From Candidatus Cloacimonadota bacterium (GTDB taxonomy: Bacteria > Cloacimonadota > Cloacimonadia > G963667145), in contig OY781092.1 in assembly GCA_963676615.1 (NCBI GenBank), positions 544,001-608,000 on the forward strand: a DNA stretch of 64,000 bases, given 5' to 3'. A program made the translations under genes and the position numbers. The first letter of the stretch is position 1. Each line of letters begins with the position of its first letter. Positions 1-8,866 of the stretch are shown here, piece by piece. The notes below the pieces were generated by a model that was given only the letters and a program-made list of their open reading frames with translations, was not told the origin of the DNA and searched no databases.

Positions 1-2
1 TG

Positions 3-401
3 ACTGACAATGAAACAGGGTTAATGTGGAAGATGGCTAGCGAAGGACAAACTTGGAATGCTGGCACAGTTACGGGAAGTGCAACAAAATATGCTTATGC
101 AAATGTGGAAGCAAGAGTAGATAGTGTTAATGCTGGAACAGCGGGTGAAAATTACACTCATGACGATTGGAGATTGCCAACTATCAAGGAGTTGGCATCG
201 ATTTCGGAACTGGCAGCTTATAGTCCAGCAATCAATTTGGAAATTTTCCCTAATACTCTTGATTCATTGGTTTTTTGGAGCAGTTCTTTGTGGGAAGGTA
301 ATGCAGGTTTTGAGTGGTGCGTTGATTTTAAGTATGGCGTCGTCAATAAGTTCGATAAGACTGATTCTTGCTATGTCCGTCTGGTGCGTTCTGCAGAGTA
401 A
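3..401 (+). CDS. DUF1566 (Lcl C-terminal, C-type-lectin-like) domain protein, 5' partial
   Basis: Frame is open from the window edge (TDNETGLMW); motifs DWRLPTIKEL, FWSSS and C-terminal YVRLVR are typical of DUF1566. Confidence 0.85.
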   Translation, partial: TDNETGLMWKMASEGQTWNAGTVTGSATKYAYANVEARVDSVNAGTAGENYTHDDWRLPTIKELASISELAAYSPAINLEIFPNTLDSLVFWSSSLWEGNAGFEWCVDFKYGVVNKFDKTDSCYVRLVRSAE

Positions 402-414
402 TTTGATTGATTTA

Positions 415-451
415 AAAAAAGCACTGTCAAGAAATTTGGCAGTGCTTTTTT
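415..451. terminator. Bidirectional intrinsic terminator-like hairpin
   Basis: AAAAAAGCACTGTCAA-gaaat-TTGGCAGTGCTTTTTT between convergent genes. Confidence 0.75.
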
Positions 452-561
452 GTTTTCTTTGATAGTTTTTTTTCGGTTGATTTTGGAAAATCTGTTTGTT
501 TATAGGGAAGACCAATATCTAATAACTTTTACCTGCTTTGGATCGAGGAACGACAAAGCCT

Positions 562-1146
562 TTATTCTGCCAGCAAACTTTTTTCGATAATCTCTAGTTT
601 TTTGTCGATAGATTCGCCAGAGCCAACATAGATTGGGTGGTGGTAGCAGATGCTGATTTTGCTGAAAGGTTTGGGAATTTTGAGCTTGTCCCACGACGAG
701 AGTTGCCATGCGGCGCTGCACCGCACTTTGCAGCAGATAATCGGAATTTTCTTTTTTTGAGCGAGATAGACTACGCCCGTTTTGCATTTGTAGGCTGGAC
801 CTTTCGGACCGTCCACCGCCAAAGCCAGCGATTTGTTGCTTTTGAGCAAACTTTTTAGGGCGAAAATGGAGTTGCGTCCCGACGAGCCTCGCACTGTCTG
901 AAAGCCAAGAGCTTCCAGCGGACCTGCGATGAGCTGTCCGTCTTTGGAGGCAGAGACCAGCGCCACTTTGTTTTCGTTTTTGTGATGATAGGCAAGCGGA
1001 ACCATATTGCAATGCCAAAAGGCGAAAATTTTGGGCGCATCGTCCTTTGGCTGATTTTCGCATTGCACTCTGCAGGTCGCACACAGCAACTTTATCAGCC
1101 ACGCTCCGCAATGTTTTTCCAAAAAAATCAAGATTTTATTTTTCAT
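562..1146 (-). CDS. DUF374 / lysophospholipid acyltransferase-like protein
   Basis: Motifs FWH, S.SKDG, VRGSS, AVDGPKGP, SWDK..IPKPF. Confidence 0.85.
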   Translation of the reverse strand: MKNKILIFLEKHCGAWLIKLLCATCRVQCENQPKDDAPKIFAFWHCNMVPLAYHHKNENKVALVSASKDGQLIAGPLEALGFQTVRGSSGRNSIFALKSLLKSNKSLALAVDGPKGPAYKCKTGVVYLAQKKKIPIICCKVRCSAAWQLSSWDKLKIPKPFSKISICYHHPIYVGSGESIDKKLEIIEKSLLAE

Positions 1147-1357
1147 AATTTATCCAGTTGATAGCGCAAGAGTTATTACCGCTTGAGGTGTGTCAATCTT
1201 TTAATTTGCCTTGCTTTTACGAAATGGGCTTTTTTCCCAAGGAACGCGAAAAATTTTACCGACAGAAAATTATTGACACTATTTTTGTGATTTTTCTTTA
1301 TTAGGGGGATTGTGTGAAATTGTTTTTTTTACAAAAAGAAATTGAAGGAGATATTTT

Positions 1358-2560
1358 ATGGAAGGAAAAGTTTTGGTGGCACAGGGCGGTGGACCCACAG
1401 CTGTGATAAATCAGTCGCTTGTCGGAGTGGTTTTGGAATCGCGCAAGTTCTCGCAAGTGACGCGGGTTTATGGCGCGCTAAACGGGCTTGAGGGGATTGT
1501 TGAGGAAAATTTTTTGGACCTGACTCAAGAGACGACTCACAATTTGGAGCAGGTTGCCCTGACTCCTTCGTCGGCTTTGAAATCTACCAGAATAAAGCCC
1601 GATGCGGAATATTGCAAAAAGATTTTTGCGGTGTTGAAAAAATACAATATCCGCTATTTTTTTTACATCGGCGGAAACGACTCGTCGGACACAGTGCGCA
1701 TCGTCAAGCAGGAGGCGCAAAAAGACAACTACGCTTTTCGGGCGATTCATATTCCCAAAACTATCGACAACGATTTGGTCGCCAACGATCACACTCCGGG
1801 CTACGGCTCTGCGGCTCGTTTTGTGGCTCAGGCGTTTATGGGAGCGAATTTGGACAATCGGGCGCTGCCGGGCGTGTATATCGGCGTGGTTATGGGGCGT
1901 CACGCGGGCTGGCTCACGGCTGCCTCGTGTTTGGCGCAAAAATATCCCGACGACGGTCCGCATCTGATTTATCTGCCCGAGCGACCTTTTGACAGGCGAA
2001 AGTTCGTCGGCGATATTATGGAGGTTTACAAAAAGTTTGGTCGTTGTGTGGTGGCTGTTTCCGAAGGAATTGTGGACAAATCGGGCAAGGAGATTATCAC
2101 GAAATTGCAGGAGGTTCAGGAGTGTGACGATCACGGAAATGTGCAGCTTTCGGGCAGCGGAGCGCTTGGCGATTTGCTTGCCGACTATGTGCGCAAAAGC
2201 ACTAATATCACCAGAGTGCGAGCGGACACTTTTGGCTATTTGCAGCGGTCGTTTTTTGGCTGTGTGTCCGACATCGACCAAAACGAAGCCAGAGAGATTG
2301 CTGAGCGGGCTGTGCAGTTTGCGATTTGGCACAAAGTTGACGGCTCGATGAGTATTCAGCGCACAGGATTTTATTCGGTTGACTATAAGTTGCTGGATAT
2401 CAAAGAGGTAGCGGGCAAAACTCGAAAAATGCCCGACGAGTTTATTGGCGAATTCGGCAATCATATCACCCCAGAATTCCGCTACTATTTGCGGCCGCTG
2501 CTTGGTTCTGGCTTCAAGTCGCCAAATCGGTTGCGAGCGCCCAAAGTCGAAAAGTTGTAA
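1358..2560 (+). CDS. pfp: Pyrophosphate-dependent 6-phosphofructokinase
   Basis: QGGGPTAVIN, GGNDS (Asp at the phosphoryl-donor position), PKTIDND, MGRHAGWL; SD GAAGGAG. Confidence 0.85.
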   Translation: MEGKVLVAQGGGPTAVINQSLVGVVLESRKFSQVTRVYGALNGLEGIVEENFLDLTQETTHNLEQVALTPSSALKSTRIKPDAEYCKKIFAVLKKYNIRYFFYIGGNDSSDTVRIVKQEAQKDNYAFRAIHIPKTIDNDLVANDHTPGYGSAARFVAQAFMGANLDNRALPGVYIGVVMGRHAGWLTAASCLAQKYPDDGPHLIYLPERPFDRRKFVGDIMEVYKKFGRCVVAVSEGIVDKSGKEIITKLQEVQECDDHGNVQLSGSGALGDLLADYVRKSTNITRVRADTFGYLQRSFFGCVSDIDQNEAREIAERAVQFAIWHKVDGSMSIQRTGFYSVDYKLLDIKEVAGKTRKMPDEFIGEFGNHITPEFRYYLRPLLGSGFKSPNRLRAPKVEKL

Positions 2561-2617
2561 TTGTAGAAAATTGAATGTGATACGATTTTTTTGCAGTCAA
2601 TCAATAAAAGAGGCAAA

Positions 2618-3715
2618 ATGAAAAAAAAATGTTTAGTCGTAACAGGTGGAGGAGATTGCCCAGGGCTGAATGCGGTCATTCGGGCGATTGTCAAGCGGGC
2701 GTCAACTGAGCCAGATTGGGAGATTTGGGGGAGTATCGACGCGTATTTGGGCGTGTTGCAAAAGCCTTGGCGGCTTATGAAGTTGGACAAAAAAGTGGTT
2801 TCGGGAATCCATGTGCAAGGCGGCACGATTTTGGGAACCACCAACAAGGGCGGTCCTTTTGCTTTTCCGACCAAAAATAGCAACGGCGAAATCGTGCTGG
2901 AGGACAGATCTGACCAGATGATAAAGGAGCTGAAAGAGGCTGGATTTGAAGCAGTTATCAGCATCGGCGGCGACGGCTCGCAAGCCATTAGCCACAAGCT
3001 TTTTGAGAAAGGGCTGAATGTTATCGGCGTGCCAAAAACCATCGACAACGACCTCTCTTGCACAGACTACACTTTCGGATTTTCAACGGCGGTGGATGTT
3101 GCTACAGATGCGATCGACAAGCTGGTGACTACGGCGGCGTCGCATCATCGGGTGTTGATTTTGGAAGTTATGGGCAGAGACGCTGGCTGGATCGCTTTGC
3201 ACAGTTCGCTGGCTGCGGGAGCGGAGATTTGCCTCATTCCCGAAATTCCCTACGATATGCAAATCGTTAAAGCTCGGGTCAAAAAAAGGCTTCGCGAAAA
3301 AGGCTTTTTGATTATCGTCGTTGCCGAGGGCGCCAAGCCAAAAAACGGCACGGTTGTCAGCACAAAAAGCCAGGAGGTTGGGCATATGGACAAAGTTTTG
3401 GGCGGCATCGGTTTGCAACTGGAAAAAGAGCTGCGAGCAGACCCCGAGATTTTGGCGGATGTTCGCACATCGGTGCTTGGGCATTTGCAAAGAGGTGGCA
3501 GACCCAGCGCGTTCGACCGCAATCTAGCTACCGAATTTGGCGCAAAAGCTTTTGAAATGGTGCTCGCCAAAGAGTTCGGCAAAATGGTGGTCATCAATCA
3601 CAAGCGGCTCGAGTCGGTTTGCCTGAGCAAAGCCATCGCCACTTACAATCTGGTCGATAAAAACTCCTCGATGGTCAGAACCGCCAAAGGCGTTGGGATT
3701 TGCTTCGGCGACTAA
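2618..3715 (+). CDS. pfkA: 6-phosphofructokinase, group III, probably ATP-dependent
   Basis: TGGGDCPGLN, GGTILGT, GGDGS (Gly), PKTIDND, MGRDAGWI, LGHLQRGG; ATG at 2618 preferred over upstream TTG. Confidence 0.85.
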   Translation: MKKKCLVVTGGGDCPGLNAVIRAIVKRASTEPDWEIWGSIDAYLGVLQKPWRLMKLDKKVVSGIHVQGGTILGTTNKGGPFAFPTKNSNGEIVLEDRSDQMIKELKEAGFEAVISIGGDGSQAISHKLFEKGLNVIGVPKTIDNDLSCTDYTFGFSTAVDVATDAIDKLVTTAASHHRVLILEVMGRDAGWIALHSSLAAGAEICLIPEIPYDMQIVKARVKKRLREKGFLIIVVAEGAKPKNGTVVSTKSQEVGHMDKVLGGIGLQLEKELRADPEILADVRTSVLGHLQRGGRPSAFDRNLATEFGAKAFEMVLAKEFGKMVVINHKRLESVCLSKAIATYNLVDKNSSMVRTAKGVGICFGD

Positions 3716-3768
3716 TTCTTAAGCTAAAAATCAAGGCTGAAATTTTGCAGGTTTTTCGTGTTTTCACT

Positions 3769-3786
3769 TTACAATAATTATTGAAA
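3769..3786. promoter_or_regulatory. Candidate ArsR operator palindrome
   Basis: TTACAATAATTATTGAAA with perfect core CAATAATTATTG (3772-3783) about 30 nt upstream of arsR. Confidence 0.55.
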
Positions 3787-3815
3787 TATTGAACTGTCTT
3801 TTAGCGAGGATGGTT

Positions 3816-4124
3816 ATGAAAATTGAAAAAATCGTAAAAGCTTTTAGCGCGTTGGCGCAAGAGACGAGAGTGAAGATTCTTAAAAAGTTGGTGGAAGTCG
3901 GCACGGACGGAATGTGTCCTTGTCATTTGGTGCAAAAGCTGAAGCTGACGAACTCCAATCTTTCGTTCCATCTGAAAGAGCTGGACAACGCAGGGCTAAT
4001 AAAAAAGCGGAAATCTGGCAAATTTATTTACTACTATGCGGAGTGCGATTTTATTAAATCTATCGGCGATTTTTTGATCGAAGATTGCTGTAAATTCAAG
4101 TGCGAGGGAGGAAATTGTGAGTAA
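3816..4124 (+). CDS. arsR: ArsR/SmtB family transcriptional repressor
   Basis: FSALAQETR, SNLSFHLKEL..AGL winged HTH; CPC and C-terminal EDCC...C cysteines. Confidence 0.85.
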   Translation: MKIEKIVKAFSALAQETRVKILKKLVEVGTDGMCPCHLVQKLKLTNSNLSFHLKELDNAGLIKKRKSGKFIYYYAECDFIKSIGDFLIEDCCKFKCEGGNCE

Positions 4125-5172
4125 AATCCAGAAAGCTGTTGTGCTGATTTTTGCGGTGGCTTTGATTTTTTGCTTGGTGTGGATTTTTGATGTTAGTCTG
4201 AATATTTTTGCGCTTTTTACGATGCTGGCAGATTTTGTCGTTTATCAGCTTTTTGGCTTGTCGTCGCAGACTCAGTTGGCAAAGGCGCTACACTTTTTTA
4301 TCGAAGATGTTGCCAAAATATTTTTCTTGCTCACGACGATGTCAACCGTGGTTTCGTTTTTTCGCAGCAAGCTCGATTCGGCAAAAGTCAAAAGTTACCT
4401 AGAGGGCAAACCGAAGTGGCTGGCGTATATTTTGGCGGTGCTTTTGGGCGCAATCACGCCGTTTTGCTCCTGCTCGTCGATTCCGCTGTTCATCGGATTT
4501 GTGGAAGCTGGCATTCCCTTCGGCATCACGATGGCGTTTTTGATAACCTCGCCGATGATCAACGAAATCGCCATTCTTGTGCTCGCTTCGGCTGTCGGCT
4601 GGCAACTCGCGGTGATTTATGTCCTTACGGGGATGACCATCGGTTTGGTCGGTGGCTTGATTATGGAAAAATTGGGACTGCAAAAACATCTGGAAGATTA
4701 TGTTTACGAAATTCAGCAGGGCAAAAATTCCGCAGGCGACAATCGGCTGCAAACTTTTGGGCAACGCTTGACCTACGCCTTTGGTTATGCCAGGCGGATT
4801 GTCAAAAAAATCTGGCTGTATGTAATCGTCGGCATTGGCATTGGCGCATTTTTGCACGGATTTGTGCCAGAAGAATTTTTCGCCAAATACACCAGTGCGA
4901 GCAACTTTTTCGCCGTGCCGCTGGCAGTGATGTTGGGCATTCCGCTCTATTCCAACGCTACGGGCATAATCCCGATTGCGCAGGCGCTTCTTGGCAAAAG
5001 CGTGCCGATTGGCACAGTTTTGGCGATGATGATGAGTGTGGTCGCCATCAGTTTGCCCGAGATGATAATTTTGCGTAAAGTGTTGAAAATCCGTCTGTTA
5101 GTCTACTTTACGCTTTATTTGTTTTTGGCGTTTAATGTTGTGGGATATTTTTATAATCTGATTTTTAGCTAA
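4117..5172 (+). CDS. arsP: ArsP (DUF318) family permease
   Basis: TPFCSCSSIPLF, SPMINE, GIPLYSN, SLPE motifs; overlaps arsR. Confidence 0.85.
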   Translation: MSKIQKAVVLIFAVALIFCLVWIFDVSLNIFALFTMLADFVVYQLFGLSSQTQLAKALHFFIEDVAKIFFLLTTMSTVVSFFRSKLDSAKVKSYLEGKPKWLAYILAVLLGAITPFCSCSSIPLFIGFVEAGIPFGITMAFLITSPMINEIAILVLASAVGWQLAVIYVLTGMTIGLVGGLIMEKLGLQKHLEDYVYEIQQGKNSAGDNRLQTFGQRLTYAFGYARRIVKKIWLYVIVGIGIGAFLHGFVPEEFFAKYTSASNFFAVPLAVMLGIPLYSNATGIIPIAQALLGKSVPIGTVLAMMMSVVAISLPEMIILRKVLKIRLLVYFTLYLFLAFNVVGYFYNLIFS

Positions 5173-5176
5173 AAAA

Positions 5177-5267
5177 TGGCGGAGATGTAGGGATTCGAAC
5201 CCTAGGTACGCGGTGAGCGTACACACGCTTTCCAAGCGTGCTCCTTCAACCACTCGGACACATCTCC
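5177..5267 (-). tRNA. tRNA-Ser (GGA)
   Basis: GGAGATG...CACGC-TTGGAAA-GCGTG anticodon arm, long variable arm, GGTTCGAATCC, encoded CCA. Confidence 0.97.
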
Positions 5268-5285
5268 AAAATTTTGCAAAAAAAA

Positions 5286-5663
5286 TCAGCTCTCGGCAAC
5301 GACTTGAGCCAAAGCAATCTCTTTTTCGTGTGAAATACTCAGGTGCAAGTTTTTGACGCCCAAAGCGTCGCAAATTTCTTTCGTTTTTCCGTGCAAAATC
5401 AGGTAAGGGCAATCGTTTTCTGTCTTGGCGACCTCGATTTGCTTTGGAATAACTCCTTGCGAAAATCCAGTTTTGATAGCTTTGCTAAAAGCTTCTTTCG
5501 CCGCAAATCTGGCGGCAAAGTGAATCGCCGGAAAAGATTTAGTCTGGCAATACGAGATTTCGGCAGGAGTAAAAATTTTTTGCAAAAATTTGTCGCCCAG
5601 GCTGCTTATAGAGTTTTCTATGCGAGAAATTTTGACGATGTCGATTCCGATACCAAAAATCAC
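5286..5663 (-). CDS. acpS: Holo-ACP synthase
   Basis: IFGIGIDIV, AARFAAKEAFSKA, LSISHE; GTG start at 5663 (the longer ORF call runs through the tRNA). Confidence 0.93.
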   Translation of the reverse strand: MIFGIGIDIVKISRIENSISSLGDKFLQKIFTPAEISYCQTKSFPAIHFAARFAAKEAFSKAIKTGFSQGVIPKQIEVAKTENDCPYLILHGKTKEICDALGVKNLHLSISHEKEIALAQVVAES

Positions 5664-5686
5664 AAGAGCTACTCCAAACAAAAAAA

Positions 5687-5763
5687 TGGCACGCCCGTAG
5701 GGATTCGAACCCCAAACCTCCTGATCCGTAGTCAGGTGCTCTATCCAATTGAGCCACGGGCGC
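5687..5763 (-). tRNA. tRNA-Arg (ACG)
   Basis: GCGCCCG...CTGA-CTACGGA-TCAG anticodon arm, GGTTCGAATCC, CCA end; 77 nt. Confidence 0.97.
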
Positions 5764-5877
5764 ACTTAATATTTGTGAACAAGCTCCCTAAAGGTGGTTT
5801 TGAGTCAATCTTTTTTTTTGTGATTTTTTTTGCGGCTCTATTTAAGTGGGTGAAAATTGTGTCTTAGCAAACGGGAG

Positions 5878-6310
5878 GCTTTGTCGCTGGCGCTCCAAAG
5901 CAATTGAAAAGTTACAATTGAAAATTGATAATTACGCCGCCGCCCTCCCGCCAGTCTAGGCGAACAAGCGGGAGTGGCGGGTTAGCAATCATTCAAGTCT
6001 CAATTCGTCAAACTTGCTCAAACGACTGAAGTTAGCTGGCTGTCCAAAGGATTTAATCTCTTACGAAAGGACTGCCCGACTTGATCTTAAAGCCTTTGCT
6101 ACAGCCACAACGAGCGAGTTTTGCAAGTTAGAATTTAGGCTTATGATTTGATTTTTTTTGGTGTTACCTTATTTTTGTTCAGACAAAAAAAGGTAACGAA
6201 GAATCCCTCTGATAAGAGAAAAAAAACTCTGCGACGACGTTTTGCGCACCAACCGCCCCCATTTCTCAAAATAGTGTTAGAGATGGATTCCCCCTTTCGA
6301 TGGAACGAGG
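5878..6310. other. Hairpin-rich non-coding element (MITE/REP-like or structured RNA)
   Basis: Inverted repeats at 5878-5901, 5940-5980, 6010-6121 (nested) and 6163-6197; no credible ORF. Confidence 0.5.
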
Positions 6311-6564
6311 GCAGAGGAAGTAAGCTTTTGGCAAAGCCGAAGAAACCACTTGACTGATTTACATAGCTTTAGAGATTGTGTTCAAATAGAAGATAAATGG
6401 AGTTTGCCTCCTACCTTGCGGTGCGGGTTTTTATCGAATATTCGAGAAGAGAAAACTTTAGAGACATTGACAAGGTTTAAAAGCTTATTTTTTTTGAGAA
6501 AGAAAAAAATGGCGAAAGCAGAAAAAAAACAAGCAAATTTAGTTTTGTTTTATTTTTTTTAGGT

Positions 6565-6599
6565 AGGCAAATTGTATTTTTTACAGTTTGCTTTTTTTT
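6565..6599 (+). terminator. Terminator-like hairpin in the infC leader
   Basis: AGGCAAATTGTA-ttttt-TACAGTTTGCTT followed by a T-run. Confidence 0.55.
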
Positions 6600-6654
6600 A
6601 TTGAAAAATGTAGAACTTTAGGAACGAAATCGTTTTATTGTAAGGAGGTCAATT

Positions 6655-7218
6655 ATTATTCGAATAAGAAAGGGTAAGGCCAAGCGCAAGCCCACTGTGT
6701 CCAAAGAGAGGATTAACAGCGAAATCAGAGTTGAACAAATTCGGCTGATCGACGAAGCTGGTGAGCAGGTTGGCGTTGTGTCGTTGTCCGAAGGTTTGAG
6801 CAAGGCACGAGCCGTAGATTTGGATCTGGTGGAGGTGTCGCCAAAAGCTAATCCGCCTGTTTGCAAAATTTTGGATTTCGGAAAATATCATTATCAAAAA
6901 GAGCGGTCTTTGCGAGAGTCCAGAAAAAAACAACACATAGTTTTGACCAAAGAGATTAAGTTTGGACCTCTAACAGACGAACACGACTATCAATTTAAGC
7001 TGAAAAACGCCATCAAGTTTTTGCAAGCCAAAGATAAGGTGCGTTTTACGGTGAGATTTAAGGGTCGCCAGCTTGCCAACAAACAGCTGGGTTTTGATTT
7101 GCTAGAAAAAATTAAACAAGATATGGGTGAGTATGCCAAAGTGGATCAGGCGCCTTCTAACGAGGGTCGAGTGGTTTATATGGTGATGTCGCCTTTATCG
7201 AAAAAGAATACTGAATAG
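6655..7218 (+). CDS. infC: Translation initiation factor IF-3 (ATT start)
   Basis: RINSEIR, DLVEVSP...[26 protein letters not shown] followed by in-frame ATT ATT ATT (6652-6660); the exact ATT used is uncertain. Confidence 0.93.
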   Translation: MIRIRKGKAKRKPTVSKERINSEIRVEQIRLIDEAGEQVGVVSLSEGLSKARAVDLDLVEVSPKANPPVCKILDFGKYHYQKERSLRESRKKQHIVLTKEIKFGPLTDEHDYQFKLKNAIKFLQAKDKVRFTVRFKGRQLANKQLGFDLLEKIKQDMGEYAKVDQAPSNEGRVVYMVMSPLSKKNTE

Positions 7219-7228
7219 GGAGTTTATT

Positions 7229-7420
7229 ATGCCTAAAATTAAGACTCGTAAGGGAGCGGTTAAGAGATTTAAGTTGACTGCCAAAGGAAAAGTGAAAAGA
7301 AATCAAGCCTTTGCCGGACACATTATGACCAAAAAAAGTCCCAAAAGAGAGAGAAATCTGAGAGGCTCTTGCCTTGTGAACAAGGCTGATGTGCCTAGAA
7401 TAAAGAGAATGCTGGGCTAA
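7229..7420 (+). CDS. rpmI: 50S ribosomal protein L35
   Basis: [17 protein letters not shown]; position between infC and rplT. Confidence 0.97.
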   Translation: MPKIKTRKGAVKRFKLTAKGKVKRNQAFAGHIMTKKSPKRERNLRGSCLVNKADVPRIKRMLG

Positions 7421-7430
7421 GGAGGATAAA

Positions 7431-7790
7431 ATGCCAAGAAGTACCAATAATGTAGCTGCCAAAAAGAGAAGAAAGAAAATTTTAGACTCCGCCAAAGGAT
7501 ATTTTGGAGGAAAGAGCAAGCTGTATCGCACCGCCAAATTGGCTGTGGAAAAAAGCGGATTATACGCTTATCGCGACAGGAAGGTTCGCAAAAGAGAGTT
7601 CAGAAAGTTGTGGATTGTGCGGATTAACGCTGCTGTGCGTGCCAACGGTCTTAGCTACAGTAAATTTATAAACGGTCTTGCCAAAAGCAACATCCAGCTA
7701 AACAGAAAGAGCCTTGCGTATCTTGCTATGAACGACAAACAAGCTTTCGACAAAATTTGTGAGCAAGTGAAATCCAGTCTAGCCAACTAA
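7431..7790 (+). CDS. rplT: 50S ribosomal protein L20
   Basis: [30 protein letters not shown]. Confidence 0.98.
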   Translation: MPRSTNNVAAKKRRKKILDSAKGYFGGKSKLYRTAKLAVEKSGLYAYRDRKVRKREFRKLWIVRINAAVRANGLSYSKFINGLAKSNIQLNRKSLAYLAMNDKQAFDKICEQVKSSLAN

Positions 7791-7815
7791 CTTCAAATTA
7801 AATTAGGAAGGAATT

Positions 7816-8820
7816 ATGCAGGCGAAGTTGGAGCAAATTTATGACGAGCTGAAAAAAAAGCTGGAGAGCGCCAAAACCAGCCACGAGATTAACAACATCA
7901 AGTCCGCTTTTGTGGGCAAAAAAAGCCAAATTTCGTCGCTGCTTGTCCAGATGAAAGATTTGCCGAAAGAGCAAAGACCCGAGTTTGGCAAGTTGGTGAA
8001 TGTCGTCAAAAGCAAAATTTTGGCGAAGATAAAGGTGGCTTTGGAGGTTGTGGAATCAAGCCAAAAAGACGGCAAGTTGGATTTGACGATGCCCGCAAGA
8101 CGCAGTGTTTTGGGGCGTTTGCACCCTTTGACAATCGTCTCTCGGCAGATCGAGGATGTGTTTATCTCGATGGGTTTTGAGATTTCTTCGTATGGCGAAG
8201 TTGAGGACGAGTATCATAACTTTGACGCTCTGAACACGCCCGCAGATCACTCGTCGCGGAATATCACCGACACTTTTTACACCAAAGGCGGCAAGCTTTT
8301 GCGCTCGCAAACCTCGACGGAGCAGATAAGGGTGATGGAAAATTTCAAGCCCCCAATCAAGATTATTTCGCTGGGCAGATGTTATCGCAAAGACAGCCCC
8401 GACGCCTCGCACTCGCCAGTTTTTCATCAGGTAGAGGCGCTGGTCGTTAGCCAGCACACTTCGTTTACCGACCTAAAAGACACTTTGCAAATGTTTGCCG
8501 AAAAAATGTTCGGACAGGATGTGAACTCGCGTTTTCGCCCGCACTTTTTTCCGTTTACAGAGCCGAGCGGCGAAATCGATATTTCGTGTGTGGCTTGTGG
8601 TGGCAAGGGTTGCCCCGTTTGCAAAAACAGCGGCTGGCTGGAGATGGGTGGTTGCGGAATGGTCGATCCCAATGTTTTGGACAATGTCGGCATAGACTCG
8701 GAAAAATACACCGGGTTTGCCTTTGGTTTGGGCATCGACCGCATCACAATGCTCAAATATAAAATTCCAGATATCAGGATGCTTTTCGAAAACGATTTGG
8801 AATTTTTGCGCCAATTCTAG
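7816..8820 (+). CDS. pheS: Phenylalanine-tRNA ligase alpha subunit
   Basis: NFDALN, HSPVFHQVE, FPFTEPS, GFAFGLG. Confidence 0.97.
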   Translation: MQAKLEQIYDELKKKLESAKTSHEINNIKSAFVGKKSQISSLLVQMKDLPKEQRPEFGKLVNVVKSKILAKIKVALEVVESSQKDGKLDLTMPARRSVLGRLHPLTIVSRQIEDVFISMGFEISSYGEVEDEYHNFDALNTPADHSSRNITDTFYTKGGKLLRSQTSTEQIRVMENFKPPIKIISLGRCYRKDSPDASHSPVFHQVEALVVSQHTSFTDLKDTLQMFAEKMFGQDVNSRFRPHFFPFTEPSGEIDISCVACGGKGCPVCKNSGWLEMGGCGMVDPNVLDNVGIDSEKYTGFAFGLGIDRITMLKYKIPDIRMLFENDLEFLRQF

Positions 8821-8866
8821 GGCGATTTTTTGGACAGAAACAGGAGCATTTTTTTAAGGAGAATAG

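Noticed and set aside
3722..5175. AGCTAAAAA on both sides of arsR-arsP as a target-site duplication
   Set aside because: Only 9 AT-rich bases; the same word occurs elsewhere (for example near 17162), so chance is likely
5664..5765. N-terminal extension of AcpS in the ORF track (5286-5765)
   Set aside because: It runs through tRNA-Arg; AcpS homology begins at the GTG at 5663
6148..6562. Short ORFs 6148-6357 and 6350-6562
   Set aside because: TTG starts without SD, low-complexity products from A/T runs, no recognisable motifs
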